Origin: Octopus vulgaris
Lineage: Eukaryota
DNA length: 64,000 nucleotides
Assembly: GCA_951406725.2 (NCBI GenBank)
Contig: OX597818.1
Location: 104,780,001-104,844,000 of the forward strand
Reading direction: 5' to 3'
The notes beneath the pieces were generated by a model. The model had not been told where the DNA came from. It saw nothing but the letters and a program-made list of their open reading frames with translations, and made no database searches. Position numbers and translations under genes: made by a program. Each line of letters opens with the position of its first letter. Positions within the stretch are counted from its first letter, which is position 1. This document shows, piece by piece, positions 55,013 through 64,000 of the stretch.

Positions 55013-55072
<60 letters not shown>

Positions 55073-55267
55073 TAATAATAATAACATCGAAAAATACCTT
55101 AGGAATGAGAACCCAGGTTCGAAATTTCCCCAAGACACCTGAAGAAGGCTGGAGGGTATATCAGCCGAAGCGGTGCGTTAAAAACAAACCAGATGAGGAC
55201 AAATATCCGTCGAATGTAAATAATGTAAATAATGTACATAATTCCTCATCTCTAAAATATAGAACTC
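54261..55267 (+). mobile_element. tRNA-headed, hammerhead-bearing non-autonomous retroelement with an inverted 5' arm
   Basis: 13-bp TSD tataattg(a/g)ctct at 54248-54260 and 55268-55280. 54261-54368 is inverted relative to about 55125-55232. tRNA-like head at 54377-54450. Hammerhead core in both arms. Confidence 0.8.
54538..54955 (+). mobile_element. SINE family A nested in the (AAT)n of the element at 54261
   Basis: Full-length copy. Confidence 0.9.
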
Positions 55268-55654
55268 TATAATTGGCTCTATTGCACAGTAAAAGTGTAT
55301 AGGAAAGTAATTCGTAAACATTAGATCTTTGTTCCATATTTTATACTATTTTATGTCAGTTTTGTGGCTTTGTAAGTCATTTCTTATTTTCATTAGCAGG
55401 AATGTTCCCGCTAATAGCTTAGTGTAGTATATGATCATTATAAATGTTGAGCATTTAACTATCAATTTCTCTGTGAGTAATTCTAGCTTTTTAATTTTCT
55501 GCCTTTACTCCTTGTCAACTGTCACTTTTAATTTATACACACACACACACACACATACATATATATAAATATATATAAATACATATATACATATATATGT
55601 GTGTGTGAATGTGTATCATTCATATATGTGTATAGCATAGCATAGATAGATATG

Positions 55655-56053
55655 ATTCTTTATTAGCCACACAGGGCTGCACACAGACGGGACAGATTAC
55701 AAAGTAGAGCTTTTCTTTTAGGGGAGTGAGAAAAAGAAAGTTGGGTAGGTTTTCGATCAAAAGGGATTGTAAAGGGGAAAGAAAAAAAGGAAAGAAAAAA
55801 AGAAAAAAAACGATCAATAGGGATCGTGTATCACAGAAATGACATGATGTAAAGTGTAAAGGGGGAAGCAGATAAGGTTTATCCGTGGAAAGAAAAGCCT
55901 AAGGAAAATGCCACAGTAACCTCGGTCAATATTGTTACATGTTACCACATTTGTTTGCAAGTAGGTAACCCTCTGTTTTAATTTTTTCCGGGTTCATAGG
56001 ATTATGCTCAAGCTGGCTTCGTCATTCATACGTGCCATCCTTGCTACATTCAC
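55655..56053 (-). mobile_element. 5'-truncated LINE 3' end (Tx1-like) within GATA repeats
   Basis: Minus strand reads VNVARMARMNDEASLSIIL*, then a pyrimidine-rich 3'UTR and AATAAA at 55659-55664. catagata/(GATA)n lies on both flanks. Confidence 0.6.
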
Positions 56054-56479
56054 ATAGATATATAGCTAGCTAGATAGATAGATAGACAGATAGATAGATA
56101 GATAGGTTTTGCAGATGCAACAGAGTGACGCACGGCCCGAGAATTTTGTGTTAGCAGATGTCAAACTAGCTGTAGCTGGTGAAAACTTAATAGTTCCCTG
56201 AGTTATTTTGGAATAAATTTTAAAATAAACACTTACATTGTCACTTGGATAATTCTAATTTAACAAATAGTTTGCCCGTTATGTCGTTCAACAAGTAAAT
56301 ACATGAACAAACGAATAAAGGAAATTTTACGCATCTTCACACATACACACACAGACGGACAGTCACGATGGGGATACTGGGCTTCGTGTACTTTACTGAG
56401 TTGCTTGTCACTTGTTTGACCGTAACCAGTTGAGCATGTCCCTTGGTGGCTGACGATATGTGCATCTGATTAATAATAA

Positions 56480-56788
56480 TAATCCCGTGATCACGTGACC
56501 GACCAGGCATGAAGATGTTGCAACACATCGCTGGTCACAATGCGCTTCGCATTGTTTTAGCCTTCAAATGACGCCACCCCGCTGTCTAAGCGAGCAGGTC
56601 AACAGAAGAAGGAGTGAAAGTTGCGGCGAAAGAGTACAGCAGGGATCGCCACAACCCCCTGCCGGAGCCTCGTGATGCTTTAGGTGTTTTTGCTCAAGAA
56701 ACACTCACAACGCCCGGTCTGGGAATCGAAACCGCGATCCTATGACTGCGAGTCAGCTGCCCTAACCACTGGACCATCGCGCCTCCAC
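56480..56788 (-). mobile_element. SINE family C
   Basis: Reverse copy of the family C head and core. Confidence 0.75.
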
Positions 56789-56824
<36 letters not shown>

Positions 56825-56825
56825 A

Positions 56826-57084
56826 TTACTCTTTACTCTTTTACTCTTCTACTTGTTTCAGTCATTTGACTGTGGCCATGATGAAGCACCGCCTTTAGTC
56901 GAGCAAATCGACCCCAGGACTTAGTCTTTGTAAGCGCAGTACTTATTCTATCGGTCTCTTTTGCCAAACCGCTAAGATACGGGGACGTAAACACACCAGC
57001 ACTGTTGTCTAGCGATGTTGGGTGGACAAACACAGATACACAAACATATAAACACACACATACATACATACATATATACATAAA

Positions 57085-57181
<97 letters not shown>

Positions 57182-57343
57182 GACGGGCTTCTTTCAGTTT
57201 CTCTCTACCAAATCCACTCACAAGGCTTTGGTCGGCCCGAGGCTATAGTAGATGACACTTGCCCAAGGTGCCACGCAGTGAGACTGCACTGGGAACTATG
57301 TGGTTCGTAAGCAAGATACTTACCATACAGCCACTCCAACGCC
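56826..57343 (-). mobile_element. SINE family A
   Basis: Reverse copy with an expanded internal microsatellite. Confidence 0.9.
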
Positions 57344-57406
57344 TAATAATAATAACGACAACAACAACAACAATAATAATAATAATTATTATTATTATTA
57401 CTATTA

Positions 57407-57450
<44 letters not shown>

Positions 57451-57730
57451 GCAACAACAACAGCAACGGAAACAACGGAAACTGCAACAACAACGGAAAC
57501 AAAAACAATGATAACAATAACAGCAACAATAACAACAACAGCAAGGCGAATATGATGATGATGATCATGATGAATGACACCGCTATTCATGAAGCTGTTT
57601 CCTGAATCTTTATTTTTAAAACATCAACCAGAAGGAAAAATTGAAAGAAAGCTATAACTGAAAGACATCAAAAGCATTATGTATGTATTATGATAAAATA
57701 TACCACTACTGTAACGACACAACTACGGCG

Positions 57731-57802
<72 letters not shown>

Positions 57803-58338
57803 ATTACAATAACAATATCAACAACAACAGCGGGCACGAAAAGAACAATATTAACAACTCCAGCAGCGTTAATTCTTTATATTCTTACAAATACTGATTA
57901 ACTCGAAATGAAAATTGATCGAGACAGGCTATCCGATGCAATTTGCATTTAATATGTCTTTTCATCTTCTTACACATCTCTTAAGTAGGTCTTGAGAATA
58001 GCGTACGATTATGTTCAAAAGATACATGTAATTTAGTGCATACACACACACGCGCACACACACACACAAACACACACACAAACACACACACAAACACACA
58101 AAAATATACATACATATACATATACATATACAAATATATATTATATATTTACACACACTCACACACACATATATATATATATTTATATGCATGTATGTAT
58201 CTATATGCCTGCATTTATCTATCTCTCTATCTATCTATATATATGTATGTATACATATGCCGCAGTTCAATAACTGAAACCAGTGTAAGTGTAGGTATAT
58301 ATGTGTGTGTCTGTGTGCGTGTGTATGTGTATATAACG

Positions 58339-58375
<37 letters not shown>

Positions 58376-58477
58376 TTATATGTGTATATATGTATATATA
58401 TATATACATATATATATATACATATATATAAATGCATATATATATATATATATGTATATATATGTATATATATATAC

Positions 58478-58508
<31 letters not shown>

Positions 58509-58514
58509 CATGTA

Positions 58515-58547
<33 letters not shown>

Positions 58548-58871
58548 ATATATATATGAATATATAATATATATGCATGTGTATAGGTGTAGGTGTATGT
58601 ATGTGAGTGTATAGGTGAGCGTTCGTGTCTCTGTTTATGGTTACAGCGATTAACAGATGTTTCGTTTATCTAGTTCTGCTATATGTATGTCTAGTGTCTT
58701 AATCTTAACGGCTTAACAAAGAGAGATCGATAGAATAAGTACCAGACTGGAAGAAATGATGGGGTCAATATGCATGACTCAAATCCTACACTGCCGCAGT
58801 TCAATAACTGAAACCAGTGTAAGTGTAGGTATATATGTGTGTGTCTGTGTGCGTGTGTATGTGTATATAAC

Positions 58872-58920
<49 letters not shown>

Positions 58921-59048
58921 CTTTATTTAAAGCAGCAGAAAATTCAACAAATTTTCTGCTGCTTTAAATAAAGCATATTACTCTACCACTGGTATTTGAG
59001 TTCTCTTTTTTCCACCTTGTTTCACATTTATGTGTTTACTCCGGTAAA
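58921..59048. mobile_element. Miniature fold-back insertion inside (TA)n
   Basis: Perfect 24-bp arms at 58921-58944 and 58950-58973, plus a ~75-bp unique tail. (TA)n-rich sequence on both sides. Confidence 0.55.
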
Positions 59049-59199
59049 CATATACACATGCACACATACACACACACATACACATATATATACATATATA
59101 TATATATGTGTGTGTGTGTATATGTATGTAAACATATATATATATATATATATATACATATATATAAGCATGTGCATACAAATCTTCTGTAAATTTGAA

Positions 59200-59264
<65 letters not shown>

Positions 59265-59829
59265 TACACATACACACACATATATATATATATTGTCATA
59301 AAGAGAGATAAAGGGAGAGATCAATAAAGAAAGTGAAAGATAGAAACATGGAGATAAAGATAGATGGGTTTACAAAGTAAAGACAAGTACACTCAATACG
59401 TTTGTAAGTTAAAATTTATATGCAATGAGTTTCAATCAGAATCACATTTCTTAAAGTTTCACAGAAAAAATGTCCTACTTGTTCGGATGCTTCAGTCATA
59501 GTTAAAAGGCATTTACAGCTTCAAAGTACAGCTCGTTGTCAATAAATGATGAGCAGCGTTCGTTCTTATCACGTCATGCGATCAAAACCAACCAGTGAGA
59601 ATAAGTCGTTGGTGACCAGAACCAGTCAATGAGGACGACCCTTGTTCATCATCCACCGAAATTTCATGAATCGTAATTCTGAATTCCATGGTACTGGTTA
59701 CTCTAAATGTTTCGAACTACTAAATCCGCAAAGTGAGATTGGGAAATTCATAAAAATAGTTTAGATTCCAAATTTTTAACATTAAACTAGTCACTTCTCT
59801 TCTGTTATGAAATGAGTGCAAACGTGTGT

Positions 59830-60215
59830 ATGTGGTAAGTAGCTTGCTTCCCAACCAAATGGTTTCGGGTTCAGTACCACTGTGTGGAACCTTGGGCAAG
59901 TGTCTTCTACTATAACCTCGAGCCGACCAATGCTTTGTGAGTAGATTTGGTGGACAGAAACTGAATGAAGTCCGTCATATATATATATATATATGTGCGT
60001 GTGTGTGTGTCTTTGTGTCTGTGTTTGGCCCCCCACCATAATTTGACAACCGATGCTGGTGTGTTTACGTACATGTAATTTAGTGGTTCGGCAAAAAGAG
60101 ACCGATAGAGTAACTAATAGGCTTACAAAGAATAAATCATGGGGCGATTTCTTCGACTAAAAGCCTTTAAGGCGGTGATCCAGCATGACTGAAGCAAGTA
60201 AAAAAGTAAAAGAGT
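59830..60215 (+). mobile_element. SINE family A, diverged
   Basis: Matches family A. Confidence 0.85.
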
Positions 60216-61567
60216 ATTGATTGGAGAGTATCGTAACATTATATAAGCAACAATATACACTAACACATTGAAATATGATTGCTCTTCAAGTTTTAATTGG
60301 TTTCCGAAAAATCGCTACATATTCGTTTATTCAATTAGGATGACATGATTCATCTGTTCACCTGAACAAACATGGCATGTAGTCGAGCACTATCCATAGA
60401 CAGAATTACAAAAGCTGGAAATATAACAGCTGATTCTGAAATTTTCTGCAAATATATTGTCTCGACACCAGACACATTGAGTATCTAAATGAAAGGACCG
60501 AAGATCTAATCAAGATATTTTTTTTTCCTCTTTTAATAATGTAACACGGGTACCACAAAAGAAAACAAGTTTGGTTTTCCTAATTCAAAGGAATGGAACA
60601 TTTTGAAACTATTCATTTAAACATAAAAGAAAGTTTTAAAATATCATTCAACTACTTTTAAAACACTCTTGAGATTTAGCAAAATTAAAGAAAAGAGGCT
60701 GAGCACAAGTGTGTTTCTTGGCAAAAACTACTATACCTACGGAAGTGATAGCCACGAATATTAGATATAGTGTTTTAATACATCACTCTAGTACTTCGTA
60801 TGTTATTAGTTTAGAAATAAAAAAAAATAACTAATACGAAAAGGTAGACATTTCTGTAACACGTAATCCATACATTACATTTAAAGATCATAACGAAAAT
60901 TTTCTTGCCAACTCTAAATTCAGATTAATAAATCCGCGATAAAGTGATATACGTACACATACATCACACATTACATTTAAACATCATTAAGAGAATTTTC
61001 TTGAGAACGCCAAATGTAGATTGCTAAATCCACGAAGTAAGATTGGTAAGTTCATAAAAATATTTTAGATTCCAAATTCTTAACATTAAACGAGTCACCT
61101 CTCTTCTGTTAGGAAATAATATATCACTTATTGAGTGATTCAGCAACAGAGAATTGGCACGTTTAAACATTTATGTAGCTCGACGTAATGAAGTTCCATT
61201 TGTCTATAACATAGGTTGCTTATTCAGAAAGATTAAGAATTAGTTAGAGATGTTATTCCAGCAAGTGATTCGGGCATTAATTTTATTATGTTTGCTTGGA
61301 GATCTTAGCTACTTTATGATAATTCATTTTGAATTAAACACTGCTACGAGGAATTGTTTGATACAGCCATGGGATTGAACGATGGAGCTGAGGTTTATGA
61401 ACTGATAAAGTTATACATCTTAAATTTACTTCAGAAGACATTTTACTGCACAAAGTTTGGTATTTTGCAAATTATGAATGGATACCCTCGGGAAGAATTT
61501 CTTTGACATATTCAAAGTGATCTAAAGGTCACAATTGATGCGAATCTAAGTATAGTTCATTTATGTA

Positions 61568-62579
61568 TTGGGTTGGCAACTAAGTTCCCGCCGTTTGTTT
61601 TTTTAATTTAAAATTTTTAAAAGGTTTAATAAAAGACAACATCTAATTAATCAATAATGTATTCACCCAAGTTGTTTACCGATTCTTCCTAACGTTCAAC
61701 AAGATTCTCAATACCTCGTTAGTAGAAATCACCCGATTTCCACTCGAAAAATTGATCCTACCAAGCTCTCAATTCTGCATCAGTATTGAATGAAACTCCA
61801 CGTATAGCATTTGAAAGAGATCGAAAGAGGTGGAAATTCGTTGGTGCCAAATCAGGAGAGTACGGCAGGTGTGGCAGCACTTCCTAGCCATGCGTTTGAA
61901 TCGCTTCCTTGGTCATATTGGCGATATGAGATCGGGCGTTGTCGTGCAGCAGAAGAACTCCATGCTGCCGATTAGGTCTTTTCTCTTGAATAGCCGTGTT
62001 GAGTCGTTCCATCTGTTGAGCGTTGACCGTTTGGTTCTGTTCAAGCAATTCGTGGCGGATAATCCCTACCCAGTCCCACCATACGCACAACATCGTTTGA
62101 TGAAGATCTTGTTTCACGCGCGGTGTCGCGTGTTTACCGGGGCTAAGCCATTCTTTACGCTGCTTCATATTGATGTACTGGCACCATTTTTCGTCGTCCG
62201 TAACGATTCGGTAAAGAAATCGTTGCTTGTATCCATGAGTTGAGTGGTGACCAGCAAGCAAACCAACAGAGATTGTGGCTCGTTGATTTTTGTTGTTGTC
62301 ACTTAAAGCATGCGGAACTCATGCTTCCTACTTCTGAACCTTTCCTATCTATAGCAGTGTGGGAGGTGTCGAAAATACTCGTTTTTCTTAACTTGACATT
62401 CCATTTTAATGATCTTAAAATAAACAAAAATTAACTAAAATCAACTAGAAGAAAAGATACAAAATAGATTCCAAAATGATTCAAAAATAGAATTCTCGAA
62501 AAAAATAGATTCTGAAATTTAAAAACGCAATAAATTCCAAAATAAAAAAAAATCGGTGGGAACTTAGTTGCCAATCCAA
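61568..62579 (-). mobile_element. Mariner DNA transposon, internally deleted and inactive
   Basis: TA-flanked TIRs ttgggttggcaactaagttccc and gggaacttagttgccaatccaa. Transposase motifs RIVTDDEKW, LLLHDNARSH and YSPDLAPTNFHLF. Stop at 61884. Confidence 0.95.
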
Positions 62580-62949
62580 TAGTATAGCTCACGATTTAGG
62601 CACTAATAAATAATACCCTCATAATAAATCTCAATGCAAATTTCAGCCATTACTTTAAACATTTAGTTAATAATATTAATAAACTCTTATCCAGCTTATG
62701 TTCTGACAAGAAGTCCCTTAACGGTAGTGCTTGCAATATTTGGCAGAGCAGCATTAATATGCAAAAATGGGAATTAGTATAAGATACAATCCTCTGTTGC
62801 TGTTATGTTATTTCCAATGTGTGTAGGTTTTTTTATAAAACTTGTCAGAGATTTGCTTTTGTTGCTTGCGGTTGACTCGTTGTTCTTATCGTGACTGCTA
62901 ATGCTACTGCCCACCACTTCCACCGTTTGTTACGACCAATCTCCTAAAT

Positions 62950-63480
62950 GAGTGCTGATATCTAGCGCAAAAGGAGTATAAAGAAAGGTATGACTGTGTC
63001 GATAATAAACTGGACTGGGATGTTAGCTAAATTTGTAAATTCGAAATGACAGAAAACTAGTATGAACAAGAGCCAGAGGCTGTTATGGTGAATGATAGTT
63101 AAAGGAATATGTGAGATTTCACCATAGAGACTGCCCTTACTATTAAAGCAAGCAGACCAGATATGAAAATAGAAGGGAAAAAAAGAAAGAAAATCAAACA
63201 GTATACGATCATAGGTTATACAATACCATATGAAAGTATACTGGGTATCAAAGAAATTGTGAAAATTGATAAATAGCAGAATCTAGTCAGTTGAATGAAG
63301 AAAATTGTTTTACACAAAGGTGAAAATTGTTCCTGTGGTAATTGGTGCACTCGTCATAATTGAACTGTTACTTGAGAAGCTGAAAGGTACTGGAACTGAG
63401 GTACTTTTTGTTGATCTGGAAAGAAGTATCATACTGTATTTTGTAAAAACCCTAAGAAAGGTGCTTCGGATTTAAAGAGG
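62950..63480 (+). pseudogene. R4/Dong-like LINE RLE endonuclease relic
   Basis: Reads IKASRPD...KEIVKIDK*QNL...VKIVPVVIGAL. Confidence 0.7.
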
Positions 63481-63777
63481 CTTGTTGCTGTTGTTAGAAT
63501 AACTCAGTGTATCATCTCTGAAAATTAAATTAATATATTATAGCTTTTGATTGATAATATCAAGAACACTTTCTAGTTTTGGCAGAAGACCAATAAATTT
63601 TGAGGCGGAGAAGTCAGTTCGATCGATGTCAGTACTCAAATGATATATTTATTGTGTCGATCCTGAAAGATGAAAGGCAAAATCGACCTCGGCAGCATTT
63701 GAACTTAGAACCTAAAGAGACGAAAGAAATGCCGCTAAGTATATTGTCCAGCACGGAATAAAGATATTAATCCTTTC

Positions 63778-64000
63778 TTATTTCTTTATTGCCCACAAGG
63801 GGTTAAACACAGAGGGGACAAACAAGGACAGACAAACGGATCAAGTCGATTACATCGACCCCAGTGCGTAACTAGTACTTAATTTATCGACCCCGAAAGG
63901 ATGAAAGACAAAGTCGACCTCGGCGGAATTTGAACTCAGAACGTAACGACAGACGAAATACCGCTAAGCATTTCGCCCGGCGTGCTAACGTTTCTGCCAG
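63778..64000 (-). mobile_element. SINE family B, reaching the window edge
   Basis: Near-identical to 33421-33645. An older copy lies at about 63590-63760. Confidence 0.88.

Overview
This is AT-rich, microsatellite-dense eukaryotic DNA. The SINE families and repeat content point to an octopus (cephalopod) genome, but that is an inference. I find no supportable host protein-coding exon. Almost all ORFs in the track are translations of (TA)n, (CA)n, (GATA)n and (AAT)n. The window is a transposon landscape containing: (i) a decayed L1/Tx1-type LINE at 1-4254 (-) abutting (GATA)n, plus a 3'-end fragment also flanked by GATA repeats; (ii) an ORF1-only, RT-less relative of that LINE inserted into the tRNA-like head of a SINE (35271-37513); (iii) several Penelope-like elements (PLE; Naiad-like GLYRDD RT plus GIY-YIG) and short non-coding derivatives that share a fold-back layout and type I hammerhead ribozyme motifs, including a 437-bp near-perfect palindrome with a hammerhead on each strand and a TSD-bounded element that joins a tRNA-like head to a hammerhead; (iv) about 15 copies of one SINE family and several copies of three others; (v) R4/Dong-like and RTE LINE fragments, mariner/Tc1 relics, MITEs and a 2.1-kb A/T-tract satellite. 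All motifs were read by eye and no database searches were run.
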